Positions 1 to 9,791 of a stretch of DNA of 64,000 nt are shown piece by piece; within the stretch, counting starts at the first letter, position 1; each line of letters starts with the position of its first letter. The stretch is from NCBI GenBank assembly GCA_965248535.1, contig CBDFJR010000002.1, positions 96,001 through 160,000 on the forward strand, written 5' to 3'. The DNA comes from Phormidesmis sp. GTDB lineage: Bacteria > Cyanobacteriota > Cyanobacteriia > Leptolyngbyales > Leptolyngbyaceae. Under the pieces are notes generated by a model. The model did no database searches. It saw only the letters and a program-made list of their open reading frames with translations, and was not told the DNA's origin. The position numbers and the translations under genes were made by a program.

Positions 1-909
1 CACTAACTGAAGCAGTTTTCCTGAGCTACTGCCCGTCTTCTTAAACACATATCGCTTGCCGATCGTGAGATTGGTAGACGTGTTTGGATCGCAATCTGCA
101 CAAGTGTTGTTAAAGCGCACCTTTAGCCCATAAGACGATGACGGATAACGTCTCGCCTCACCCGGATCGAGCACCTCGGTGTCTCCATCAATCTCAAACA
201 CAATCACGCTCCTGGTGTGGTTAGAGATGCGGGTATAGGTTTCGCTGTCGTCGGGTTCCAGAAACGATTTCAGCACTTTGCCATCGCTGCACTTAAACTG
301 CCGTGACACTCGCACATCGCCGCATTCGTCAAGCGAGACACTGGAGTTTTTGCAGACTTTCTTGGTCTCCCACTCGGCATCGCGGTGCACTCGCTGAAAG
401 CTTTTGGCAATTTGAGCGCTAAATTTGCCCGAATCAATCACGCGATCGCGCTCTTTGATTTCATACTCAAACTCATTGGCTCCCTCTATTAGGTTGAAAT
501 ATTTGCCGTCGTGGGTGGTTCCCAAAGTGGTGCGCGCGGTTTCTGAGCTAGAGCGACGCTCGTCATATTCACGGTTTGTAAACGGGTAAGGATTGGCGCT
601 GATGCCTTTGGTGATGTTGTGAATAATCACCCGGCGATAAGGGGCAGGTGGCGTTTTGTCAGAAATAAAACTTGCCGCAAGCTCAGAAGTCTGGACTCCT
701 GCACAATCACCAAAATATTCGATCACCGAAAACTCGGCTTGATTAAGCTGCGATCGGGCCCCAAATCTTAGCCCCACTGATTCAGCGCTAAAGGCGGCAG
801 GCATGGCCCCGATCGCTAGAGTCGGCTGAGATGCCATCATTGCAGGCAGATTGATCAGGGCGACGGCTGCGCCAAGGCCGACGATCGCCAAACTCCAGGC
901 TCGGTTCAT
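1..909 (-). CDS. Secreted hypothetical protein, 3' end runs off the window
   Basis: Not in the ORF track because there is no stop in the window. ATG at 909 follows GGAGAACACC; the frame is open for 303 codons (MNRAWSLAIVGLGAAVALINLPAM..., hydrophobic signal-like N-terminus, several Cys). Confidence 0.75.
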   Translation of the reverse strand, partial: MNRAWSLAIVGLGAAVALINLPAMMASQPTLAIGAMPAAFSAESVGLRFGARSQLNQAEFSVIEYFGDCAGVQTSELAASFISDKTPPAPYRRVIIHNITKGISANPYPFTNREYDERRSSSETARTTLGTTHDGKYFNLIEGANEFEYEIKERDRVIDSGKFSAQIAKSFQRVHRDAEWETKKVCKNSSVSLDECGDVRVSRQFKCSDGKVLKSFLEPDDSETYTRISNHTRSVIVFEIDGDTEVLDPGEARRYPSSSYGLKVRFNNTCADCDPNTSTNLTIGKRYVFKKTGSSSGKLLQLV

Positions 910-999
910 GGTGTTCTCCAGATGATTATCTTAAGCTGAGAGGGGGTTTAGAATTCTCTACAGTCAATTAATAGACCTTAAATTGAGGTACGGAGTTCC

Positions 1000-1740
1000 G
1001 TGAAAACTTGGCGACTTATTCCGCTCATTCAGGCATCGGGTCAACTGCACATGGCGATCGACCAATGGCTGTTAAACCAACACGCTGAGGGCAATCATCC
1101 GCCTGCGCTGCGGTTTTACACCTGGTCGCCTGTGGCTCTCTCATTGGGCTATCATCAGCATCGCTACCCCGACGAGTGGAAGCAGTTAACTTGGCACGGT
1201 AAACCGATCGAGCTAGTGCGCCGACCGACCGGAGGACGGGCTGTTTTGCATCAAGGCGATTTGACCTATGCCGTAATCACATCCGGGTTGTCAGGCAATC
1301 GAATGCAGGCTTATCAAGCCATCTGTGAATTTTTAATTGAGGGCTGGCGATCGCTCAATGTCGATTTGCATTACGGGCAAGCGGGCGGTAGTTATATTCA
1401 CAATCCCAACTGCTTTGGGACGGCTACGATCGCGGACTTGGTAACATCTGATGGCGCAAAGCTAATCGGCAGTGCTCAATTACGAAAGGGAAACGCGATT
1501 TTGCAACACGGATCAATGCGATTGGAACCCGATCGAGAACTGTTTGCTCAAATCTTTGGTAACGAATCTATGAATCCGTCCAACTTACTACCGGGAATGC
1601 AAGGAGAAGCATTTGTTCAAACTCTAGTGGAGACGTTAATTCAATCAGCTAGTCACTGTTTTGATATTCATTTAGAATTGCAACCCCTAACAGAAATGGA
1701 ATGGCACCAAATTTGGACTATGAATGTTCCAATATGTTAG
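1000..1740 (+). CDS. Lipoate-protein ligase A / BPL-LplA-LipB family protein
   Basis: Motifs LRFYTW, RRPTGGRAVLH, KLIGSAQ, LQHGS. Confidence 0.85.
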   Translation: MKTWRLIPLIQASGQLHMAIDQWLLNQHAEGNHPPALRFYTWSPVALSLGYHQHRYPDEWKQLTWHGKPIELVRRPTGGRAVLHQGDLTYAVITSGLSGNRMQAYQAICEFLIEGWRSLNVDLHYGQAGGSYIHNPNCFGTATIADLVTSDGAKLIGSAQLRKGNAILQHGSMRLEPDRELFAQIFGNESMNPSNLLPGMQGEAFVQTLVETLIQSASHCFDIHLELQPLTEMEWHQIWTMNVPIC

Positions 1741-1758
1741 AGTATCGGTAATTGAGAC

Positions 1759-1968
1759 TTGAATCTACAAATGAGTCAAATCACTATCACTTTTCAAGAT
1801 GAGCATTTGCAAAAGCTGCAAGCCACCGCCGATCGTTTGGGCGTTTCACTAGAGACCTTGCTTCTCATGAGTGTAGACTCACTAGTCAACCAACAAGAGC
1901 AGACTCTTCAAACTGCTATAGACTATGTGCTCAAGAAAAACGTTGAGCTTTACCAACGCCTAGCCTAA
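1759..1968 (+). CDS. Small antitoxin / DNA-binding protein paired with Doc toxin (start possibly ATG 1771)
   Basis: RHH-like N-terminus; C-terminal KNVELYQRLA is typical of Doc-associated antitoxins; TAATG overlap with the toxin. Confidence 0.7.
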   Translation: MNLQMSQITITFQDEHLQKLQATADRLGVSLETLLLMSVDSLVNQQEQTLQTAIDYVLKKNVELYQRLA

Positions 1969-2357
1969 TGCGCTATTTGACCCTAGCTGAAGTTTTAGAA
2001 ATTTATCGGCGCATTGTTGAGCAGTCAGGAGGGGCAGCAGGAGTCTCTAACTTAGCTGGGTTGGAATCTGCCTTAACTCAACCTCGCATGAGGTTCGGTG
2101 GAGAAGAGCTATACCCAACCATCATTGAAAAGGCATCTGCTTTAGGGTTTTCATTGATCAAAAACCACCCGTTTATCGATGGCAATAAGCGGATTGGTCA
2201 TGCTGTAATGGAAATCTTTTTAGTGTTAAATGGCTTTGAAATTAGTGCTTCAGTCGATGAACAAGAGCAAGTCACCTTACAAGTCGCCTCTGGCGAATTA
2301 GGACGAGATGGTTTTGTAAATTGGTTAAAAGAGAACACAATTTCTACAGATTCTTAA
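1968..2357 (+). CDS. doc: Death-on-curing (Doc/Fic) family toxin
   Basis: HPFIDGNKR Doc-type Fic motif; 129 aa; translationally coupled to the upstream small gene. Confidence 0.85.
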   Translation: MRYLTLAEVLEIYRRIVEQSGGAAGVSNLAGLESALTQPRMRFGGEELYPTIIEKASALGFSLIKNHPFIDGNKRIGHAVMEIFLVLNGFEISASVDEQEQVTLQVASGELGRDGFVNWLKENTISTDS

Positions 2358-2391
2358 CATCTATTTCGCCTGAAATTGGAGAAGATCAAGA

Positions 2392-2964
2392 ATGGAGATT
2401 AGAGAGTTTTTTGATCGATATAAAAATGGACAGAGAGACTTCCAAGGAGCTAATTTACCAGGGATTGAGCTATGTGAAATCATTTTGGAAGATGGAGTAG
2501 ATTTGAGTGAAGCAAACTTAGTGGGGATAACTATCTACAAAGCTAATCTGGCTGGAATTAAGCTAGTTGGAGCAAACTTGCAAGGGGCTGACCTACGTGA
2601 AGCCAATTTAACAGCAGCAAACCTGCAAGGGGCTGATTTGAGTGACGCATTTTTGCTTGATGTTGGCTTAAGCTACTCGAATTTGAGCAAAGCAAACCTG
2701 AGTAGAACTGTATTTGCGGAAACGTCTCTGTTTGCTGCAAATTTGAGTAACGCAAACCTAACTGAAGCCGAACTCGGTGAATGCGACTGTCGAGAAAGCA
2801 ACCTAAGTGGAACAGATTTGTCCAATGCGTTTCTTGGCAACTCAGATTTCTCAAATGCAAATCTAATGGGAGCGATCTTGGATCTCACTGAAATAGACGA
2901 GGAAGTGAACTTTTCCGGGTCAATTATGCCTGACGGAACGATTTATACGGCTCTTCTGGGTTGA
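2392..2964 (+). CDS. Pentapeptide repeat protein
   Basis: Tandem A(N/D)LxG/S repeats, N-terminal Y..GQRDF and C-terminal MPDG. The last codons and stop lie inside the ISL3 terminal repeat. Confidence 0.9.
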   Translation: MEIREFFDRYKNGQRDFQGANLPGIELCEIILEDGVDLSEANLVGITIYKANLAGIKLVGANLQGADLREANLTAANLQGADLSDAFLLDVGLSYSNLSKANLSRTVFAETSLFAANLSNANLTEAELGECDCRESNLSGTDLSNAFLGNSDFSNANLMGAILDLTEIDEEVNFSGSIMPDGTIYTALLG

Positions 2965-3831
2965 TGGTGATAAGTGAGACTAATCAGAGAAGCAAGCGAG
3001 TAGCCTTGCTCGAAAATTATCGAAGTTAGTAAACCCATAAGCTTGACGCTTAATCAATTTAATCCGGTTGTTCATCCCCTCGACTACGCCACTGGTCGTC
3101 CGACTCAAAAAGTAATTACAGATGCCATCAAGATGAGTGCAAATAGTCATCAAGACCTCACAGTAGACAGAACGAGCTTTCTTGAGCCATTCCAGAAGTT
3201 GCTCTTTACCCGCCTCAACCGTGTGGCAAGATTCAAAAATACTTCTAAATTCTTCTTTCAATTCATAGGCAAGTTTTAAGCGGTCTGATTGGTTCAAGAT
3301 CACAGCTAATTTAATCTGTTCTTCTGAGGTTAAATCGACCCCGTTCTTGAGCAAAATAAAATAAACTTACTGCCTTTCAGCGTCATGTCAACTTGTTTTC
3401 GCACTTTGTTCAACGCTTGATTGACTGGCTTCATGACATGAAATCGTGGTAAATATAGTCTTCATAGCGTTGGGTATAACGCCACTCCCAATCGACAAAC
3501 GTCAGATGTTCCGTAAAATAGCGCTGACAAGGATGACAGTAGAACTGACGACGAGGCACTTGGAGTTGGACAGGTTGACCAAAAACAGACAAGTTCCGGA
3601 CTAAAACAGGGCGATTTTGGTGTAGATTCTCACTCGACTATTGGCAATAGAGACAGTCGCCTTTTTCCAACAAAAAGCGTAATTTCATGACGACTTGCTG
3701 CTCTTAGTGAAGACAGCTTTCGACCGTCGTGTCAGGTAAATTGAGGAAGGTGTCTAGATGAAAGTCCATGAACCGATGGCATAGGAAAACGTACCTCTCT
3801 ATACCATCTTCACCAAGACCTCAGAAGAGCC
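2949..3831 (-). mobile_element. Degenerate ISL3-family insertion sequence
   Basis: Imperfect terminal IRs: GGCTCTTCTGggttgaTGGTGA at 2949 and its inverse TCACCAagacctCAGAAGAGCC ending at 3831. They enclose transposase remnants. Confidence 0.85.
2980..3769 (-). pseudogene. ISL3 transposase pseudogene
   Basis: ATG 3769 MDFHLDTFLNLP...; zinc-finger part (C..C, PRRQFYC..CQRYFTE) has two in-frame stops. A large internal deletion leads to RFHVMK, then a frameshift, then the C-terminus EGMNNRIKLIKRQAYGF. Confidence 0.85.
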
Positions 3832-3923
3832 ATATCCGTCTTAGACCTATAGTTAAACTAGAACGGTGCGTAAAACTCTTTGTACAGTTCAAGTTGGTGT
3901 ATCTCAGTTACTAAATATCAATT

Positions 3924-4709
3924 ATGTACATCAGCCTAATTGCAGATTATGGAACGGGTGATCCTGCCTTTTCAGAAGTGACTCAACGCCTCTTGATGGG
4001 ACTTCCGCAAGCACAAATTAATTTGCTCTCAGTTCCCCCGTTTAGCACGTTGGCGACAGGGTTTTGGATCGCCCAACTGGGTCTGAATCCTGGCCCGGCA
4101 GAGCGATTGATCTATCACAACTGTGCCCCGCGCCAAGATGATCCCGAAGCTCGACAAAACAATGAAGGCGAGGGATTGACTTACGCGCTCTTGAACAATG
4201 GGGTGAAAGTGGTGGGCGTAAATGCAGGGTTTGCTCTCTCGTTTATCAAGCATCACGCTCAGGTTTTGCAAGTTGTGAATGTCTCACGAGGCGGGTCACA
4301 GTTTCGATCGCGCGATGTTTTCCCCCCGGCGGCAGCGGCGATCGCTGACGGCGATCTCAGCTTGCTAGGCGAAACTCTCAACCCCAATCAAATTCCCGAT
4401 GTGCCCGGCGATCGGGTGGCCTGGGTCGATGGCTATGGCAACATCAAAACTACGATCCCGGCGCACACGCTGACCTTAGAGCCAGAAGCCAAAGTCGTGA
4501 TTAAGATTGGTGATGTGGTCAGCGATGCGATTTACTCAGACGGCAGTTTTCGGGTGCCTGAAGGCACATTGGCGTTTGCACCGGGCAGTTCTGGCTGGTC
4601 GATTGCGGGCGGCCAGATTCGGTGGATGGAGTTATTTTTGCGCGGGGGCAGCGCGTGGGAGCGATTTGGTAAGCCGCGGGTGAATCAGAAAGTAGCCCAG
4701 ATTGATTAA
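3924..4709 (+). CDS. SAM hydroxide adenosyltransferase / chlorinase-fluorinase (DUF62) superfamily protein
   Basis: N-terminal ISLIADYG.GD, VPPFS, F.SRDVF and WVDGYGNIKT motifs. Confidence 0.75.
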   Translation: MYISLIADYGTGDPAFSEVTQRLLMGLPQAQINLLSVPPFSTLATGFWIAQLGLNPGPAERLIYHNCAPRQDDPEARQNNEGEGLTYALLNNGVKVVGVNAGFALSFIKHHAQVLQVVNVSRGGSQFRSRDVFPPAAAAIADGDLSLLGETLNPNQIPDVPGDRVAWVDGYGNIKTTIPAHTLTLEPEAKVVIKIGDVVSDAIYSDGSFRVPEGTLAFAPGSSGWSIAGGQIRWMELFLRGGSAWERFGKPRVNQKVAQID

Positions 4710-4741
4710 TTCAACCGATCTATAAACGCTAAGAGCAATGA

Positions 4742-6421
4742 GTGGTCGTGAGGGATCAGAACGCTGTGAAGAAACTTCTAAAACAAGTCCGAAATCAATT
4801 TAAACACGCTTGGCAACCTGGATTTTTAGCCGCGCTGGTGACGATCGCTCTGATCGTATCCAATTGCAGCAGTCCGGCTAACCCAGGGGGAACGGCGCAA
4901 TCGGGCGTTTTGATCTACGGCTCCGGTGGGCAACCTGTCAATTTAGAATCAGGCAACATCACCGACGGCAACTCGATTATTGTTCACAATCAGATCTACA
5001 ATCGCCTGATCGAGTTCAAGCCCAGCACGACAGACCTACAGCCTGGTTTGGCGACTGCATGGACGGCTTCACCGGATGGCAAAACCTGGACATTCAAACT
5101 TCGTCAGGGCGTTAAGTTTCACGATGGGACGGAGTTTAATGCGGAAGCGGTTAAATTTAATGTCGATCGCTGGTGGGATAAAACCAATTCCTTTAGCTAT
5201 CGCAATGCGGGCAAGACCTACGAGATTTGGGAACAGATTTTTGGTGGCTTTAAAGGCGAACCCAATTCGCTGCTTCAAAGTTTGATTGTGACGGATAAAT
5301 TGACGATTGCGTTTGGGTTAAAGCAACCGTTTGCGGCTTTTCCTAGCACGATCGCATCAGGTTATTTTGGCATCGCTAGCCCGACTGCGATTCAGAAGGC
5401 TGGTGCGAGTTATGGTACGCCTGCAGCTGGTGCTGTGGGCACGGGAGCCTTTGTGTTTAAAGAATGGCGATCGGGCGATCGCATCGTGCTCGAAAAAAAT
5501 CCCAATTATTGGAACGCCGGATTTCCTAAAAGCAATCAACTCGTGATGCGGTTCATCACCGATCCGGCTGCACGGCTGGCACAGCTTCGCGCCGGACAGA
5601 TCGATTTCACCGTTGATCTGGCTCCTGACCAAAAAGCAGAAATCGATCGCGACCCCAATCTGACGGCCGTTGCTCGACCTTCTTTTAATGTAGGCTATCT
5701 GGCCCTAAACCCGACCTATAAACCGTTGTCGGATGTGCGAGTCAGGCAAGCGATCGCCCATGCGATCAATCGACCTGCGATCGTCAAAGCGTTTTGGGGC
5801 GACCTAGCAGAAAGCACGCCTCATTTTGTGCCGTCTACCCTAGCGTGGGCGCAGTCTTCAGGCTTGCAAGACTATGACTACAATCTTCAAAAAGCTAAAG
5901 AACTGCTGGCTCAAGCAGGCTACCCCAATGGCTTTGAGATGGATTTGTGGTACATGCCCGTCTCTCGTCCCTATTTTCCGACTCCGAAGCCGATCGCCGA
6001 GGCCTTCGCCGCCGATCTCAACGCAGTAGGCATTCGCGTCTCTCTTAAAACAAAAGACTGGACTGCTTATATTGCCGATCGCATCAAGCCCCCTGGCTAT
6101 CAGTCCTTTATGATGGGCTGGACGGGTGACTATGGCGACCCAGATACCTTCTACTATCCGCACTTTGGGTCGGGCAGCACCAAAGATATCGGCAACTGGA
6201 AGAACGATCGGGTTCTGCAATGGCTCGATCAAGCCAGACTAACCGCCGATCAATCGGCGCGCTCAAAACTCTATGCCGAAGTCGATCAGATTTTACATCG
6301 AGAAGTCGTGAGATTGCCGATCGTCCATTCCAAACCCCTGCTGGTTTCTCGCAAAGCGATCGATGGTTGGCTGCCCAGCCCTCTGGGGACAGAACCCTTT
6401 GAAGCTATCTCTAAGAAGTAA
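4742..6421 (+). CDS. ABC transporter peptide/nickel substrate-binding protein (DppA-like, family 5)
   Basis: WTFKLRQGVKFHDGT, GTGAF, W.GDYGDPD motifs; lipoprotein-like signal. Confidence 0.9.
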   Translation: MVVRDQNAVKKLLKQVRNQFKHAWQPGFLAALVTIALIVSNCSSPANPGGTAQSGVLIYGSGGQPVNLESGNITDGNSIIVHNQIYNRLIEFKPSTTDLQPGLATAWTASPDGKTWTFKLRQGVKFHDGTEFNAEAVKFNVDRWWDKTNSFSYRNAGKTYEIWEQIFGGFKGEPNSLLQSLIVTDKLTIAFGLKQPFAAFPSTIASGYFGIASPTAIQKAGASYGTPAAGAVGTGAFVFKEWRSGDRIVLEKNPNYWNAGFPKSNQLVMRFITDPAARLAQLRAGQIDFTVDLAPDQKAEIDRDPNLTAVARPSFNVGYLALNPTYKPLSDVRVRQAIAHAINRPAIVKAFWGDLAESTPHFVPSTLAWAQSSGLQDYDYNLQKAKELLAQAGYPNGFEMDLWYMPVSRPYFPTPKPIAEAFAADLNAVGIRVSLKTKDWTAYIADRIKPPGYQSFMMGWTGDYGDPDTFYYPHFGSGSTKDIGNWKNDRVLQWLDQARLTADQSARSKLYAEVDQILHREVVRLPIVHSKPLLVSRKAIDGWLPSPLGTEPFEAISKK

Positions 6422-6425
6422 ATAA

Positions 6426-6454
6426 AAACCCCTGAGAGGATGTCTCTTCTCAAG
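6426..6454. terminator. Hairpin between convergent genes (probable terminator)
   Basis: CCC-TGAGAGGA tgtc TCTTCTCA-AGGG directly after the SBP stop, preceded by an A-run. Confidence 0.45.
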
Positions 6455-6507
6455 GGTGGAACGAATACCAATTTCAAAGATGGTTGCGATCGATCGTTCA
6501 ATCCGAC

Positions 6508-6595
6508 GGGGCATGGCGGTGCCGTGCCCCTACATTTTGGGTGGATATGGATTGCGGGCCCCTACTTTTTGGACGGGCATGGCACCGCCATGCCC
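6508..6595. repeat. GTAG-type REP-like palindromes
   Basis: GGGGCATGGCGGTGCCGTGCCCCTAC (reverse complement begins GTAGGGGCACGGC), a partial GCCCCTAC, and GGGCATGGCACCGCCATGCCC. Confidence 0.65.
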
Positions 6596-6612
6596 TTTGT
6601 GAATATGAGAAA

Positions 6613-7872
6613 CTAGGCTCGTGCCGCAGCAGGTTGAGCTAACGCCTCTTTGAGCACAGCAACTTTATCGATTTGCTCCCAAGGAAGCTCTAGATCGGTG
6701 CGTCCAAAGTGACCATAAGCTGCCACATCTTGATAAAAGCGACCGCCACGCTCTCCGGGTAGGCCTCTCAGGTTAAACGCCTGAATGATGCCTGCCGGAC
6801 GCAACTCAAAGTGCTGATTGACTAACGCTAGAAGCTGGCTGTCGTCCACCTTGCCCGTGCCAAAGGTTTCGAGCATGATGCTCACCGGACGAGCCACCCC
6901 GATCGCGTAGCTTAACTGCACTTCGCACTTATCGGCTAACCCAGCGGCGACAATATTTTTCGCCACATAGCGGCAGGCATAAGCTGCACTGCGATCGACC
7001 TTGGTGGGGTCTTTGCCCGAAAATGCGCCGCCCCCGTGCCGAGAATAACCGCCGTAGGTGTCTACGATGATTTTGCGCCCTGTTAAGCCAGAGTCACCCT
7101 GGGGCCCGCCGATCACAAACTTGCCCGTGGGGTTGACCAAAAAGCGGGTGGTTGCATCGGGTTTGAGATCGATACCTTCAAAGGTTGGCTCGACAACCAA
7201 AGCCCAAAGATCGGCTTTGATTTTAGCTAAAATCGCCGCATCCTCAGTGATGTCTCCGATCGTGGCAGTGTGCTGAGTGGAGATCAAAATCGTGTCGATG
7301 CCCACCGGACGATCGTTCTCATAAAGCACGGTGACTTGAGTCTTGCCATCAGGACGCAGATAAGGCAATTGACCCGTCTTGCGAACGGTTGCCAGCTTGC
7401 GCGAGATGCGGTGAGCCAAACTGATCGGCAATGGCATTAACTCCGGCGTTTCATTGCAGGCAAAGCCAAACATGATCCCCTGGTCGCCTGCCCCGATCGC
7501 GTCGAGCGCTTCTTGACTCGATTCTTCACGAGATTCGTGGGCGGTGTTGACCCCTTGAGCAATATCAGGTGATTGCTCGTCGATCGCAATCAGCACCGCG
7601 CAACTGCTGGCAGAAAAGCCATTTTCAGCGCCCGTATATCCGATTTCGGCGATCTTTTGGCGGGCTAAATCGATGAAGTTGACTTGTGCTTTGGAGGTAA
7701 TCTCACCTGTAATGAGAACCAACCCAGTGTTGACAACCACTTCAGCGGCCACACGGCTTTTAGGATCTTGCGCTAGCAGAGCATCAAGAATTGTGTCAGA
7801 GATCTGATCGCAAATCTTATCGGGATGCCCTTCAGTAACCGATTCTGAGGTAAAAAGATATCGTCGTGACAA
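6613..7872 (-). CDS. metK: S-adenosylmethionine synthetase
   Basis: [28 protein letters not shown] signatures. Confidence 0.98.
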   Translation of the reverse strand: MSRRYLFTSESVTEGHPDKICDQISDTILDALLAQDPKSRVAAEVVVNTGLVLITGEITSKAQVNFIDLARQKIAEIGYTGAENGFSASSCAVLIAIDEQSPDIAQGVNTAHESREESSQEALDAIGAGDQGIMFGFACNETPELMPLPISLAHRISRKLATVRKTGQLPYLRPDGKTQVTVLYENDRPVGIDTILISTQHTATIGDITEDAAILAKIKADLWALVVEPTFEGIDLKPDATTRFLVNPTGKFVIGGPQGDSGLTGRKIIVDTYGGYSRHGGGAFSGKDPTKVDRSAAYACRYVAKNIVAAGLADKCEVQLSYAIGVARPVSIMLETFGTGKVDDSQLLALVNQHFELRPAGIIQAFNLRGLPGERGGRFYQDVAAYGHFGRTDLELPWEQIDKVAVLKEALAQPAAARA

Positions 7873-8136
7873 GGAGTTCTCCTCTTGACTAGATAAGGGT
7901 TAGAGACAGTCTATGTTGGGGGATTATATCACCCGGCTTCGGCCAGCTATTGGGCGATCGGGCATCCCTAAGCACTATTGGCTTCGAGACTCAAGCTCAG
8001 GCGAGCCTGACAGAAGTTTTGAGATCTGTGGTGGCATCCTAGCAATTACACGGAGAAAAGCGCTCTTCTCAATTGTCAAGCTTCATTAACTCTTTGAGGT
8101 CGATTTCTGGCAGACGTTCAGAGAAAGTTCACAAAG

Positions 8137-8949
8137 TCAAGTCAGGAGAGGAAAAAAGTGTCCAACGGGGCCTTGACCCTGACCGATGTTGAGGGCATGG
8201 CGAAGCGCGCCAGTCACATACTCCTTTGCCAAACAGGTGGCGGATAGGAGATCGTGGCCCAGCGCAAGATTTGCCGCGATCGCGGCCGACAAGGTGCAGC
8301 CCGTTCCGTGGGTGTTTTGGGTATCGACTTGCTCGGTGATCAGAGTTTTTAAGCGATCGCCATCAAACCAAATGTCCACACCTTTGAGGTCGCCTTTCAT
8401 GCCGCCGCCTTTGACTAAGACCGCCTTGGCTCCGAGTTGATAAATGCGCTGGGCTGCCTCTTGCATGGCTTCTAGGGTGTCAATTTCCAGCCCACTGAGC
8501 ATCTGCGCCTCATAGCGATTAGGCGTGAGCAGCATCGCCTGGGGAATTAGCTGCGATCGTAGCGCCGCGATCGCGTCATCGTCGATCAGTTGCGCGCCTG
8601 TGCGAGACACCATCACGGGGTCAACCACCAGATTTTGAATGTTAAAGCGTCTGATCTGCGCCGCAACGGCCGCGATAATTTCCTGATTGAGCAGCATTCC
8701 CGTTTTGGCCGCCTGCACGCCGATGTCTTGCACAACGGCGTGCACTTGGGCTACAACCGCCTCAGCAGGCAGCGCATCGACGCGAGTCACCCCCAGCGTA
8801 TTCTGTGCGGTGACGCAGGTTAAAGCACTCGTTCCATGAACTCGATGAAAGGCAAAAGTGCGAAGATCTGCCTGAATTCCGGCTCCACCGCCGCTATCTG
8901 AGCCAGCGATCGTCAACGCAACTGGGACGGAATCAAGTTTAGAGGTCAT
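8137..8949 (-). CDS. thiD: Hydroxymethylpyrimidine/phosphomethylpyrimidine kinase
   Basis: TIAGSDSGGGAGIQADL, VDPVM, THGTGC. Confidence 0.95.
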   Translation of the reverse strand: MTSKLDSVPVALTIAGSDSGGGAGIQADLRTFAFHRVHGTSALTCVTAQNTLGVTRVDALPAEAVVAQVHAVVQDIGVQAAKTGMLLNQEIIAAVAAQIRRFNIQNLVVDPVMVSRTGAQLIDDDAIAALRSQLIPQAMLLTPNRYEAQMLSGLEIDTLEAMQEAAQRIYQLGAKAVLVKGGGMKGDLKGVDIWFDGDRLKTLITEQVDTQNTHGTGCTLSAAIAANLALGHDLLSATCLAKEYVTGALRHALNIGQGQGPVGHFFPLLT

Positions 8950-9045
8950 ACACCACAGATCAAGGGGCTGAGTCCCTATCCTAATCGGTGATGCCAGACT
9001 GAGGCGCGAGATTGAGTGATCCCCGCAAATCCGACTTCCAACGGC

Positions 9046-9336
9046 TTAGGCCGATACCGATTTAGCCCCATGAGTCTTGGCTTTATACACTTCTTCGCCC
9101 GCATAATAAAGCGAGAGATAGCGCACACCCAACATCAATCGGGTTGAGTTGAGGAGGCGATCGACATCCCCAATAATCTGATCGATCAGCCAAGGTTCGG
9201 GGCAGTGCACTCGCAGCGTGTTTTGAGAGTCTAGCTTGAGCAAGCAAAGACCTAGGGTTTTTGAAAACAGTTGGCGTAGCCGCTGAATCCGATATTTTTC
9301 TAAAAGCCGCAGGTCTTGACGAGTTAGCTGAGACAT
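9046..9336 (-). CDS. Hypothetical protein
   Basis: 96-aa ATG ORF with plausible composition; no recognised motif. Confidence 0.55.
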   Translation of the reverse strand: MSQLTRQDLRLLEKYRIQRLRQLFSKTLGLCLLKLDSQNTLRVHCPEPWLIDQIIGDVDRLLNSTRLMLGVRYLSLYYAGEEVYKAKTHGAKSVSA

Positions 9337-9791
9337 GAGAGCAACCCAGAAAGTGATGTACAGATTGAATCGGATTCACGATCGAACCCACACGGTGGAA
9401 TTCGGGATATTCTACTGACTGGTCAAGTCTCAATCCCCGTAGTTTCACTGGATCTTGATTATCCCGGTTCTCTCCCGGCGGGTTGACCTACCTAAAGAGA
9501 GGTTTAGTGGCCCGATCGAGTCGAGAAGACTCTCTAACCGTCTTCTGAAAGGTGTAGGCATTGACTACCGCAAGAGAGATGTCTCAAGACACCAGGTTGA
9601 GATCGCTATAAACACTTAGGTAGATCTTCAGAAATTTGCCTGTTCCTAAGCTAAAACGGCGTGTATTGTGGAATATCGATCCGCTAGGATTCTAAGCGCG
9701 TGCTCTCTTGGGGTTGCGCCTCACTAGAGCAGGTCTATAAATACTCGGATGCTTGGTTTATCAGAAACCAGACTGATCAGGGTGACATTGG

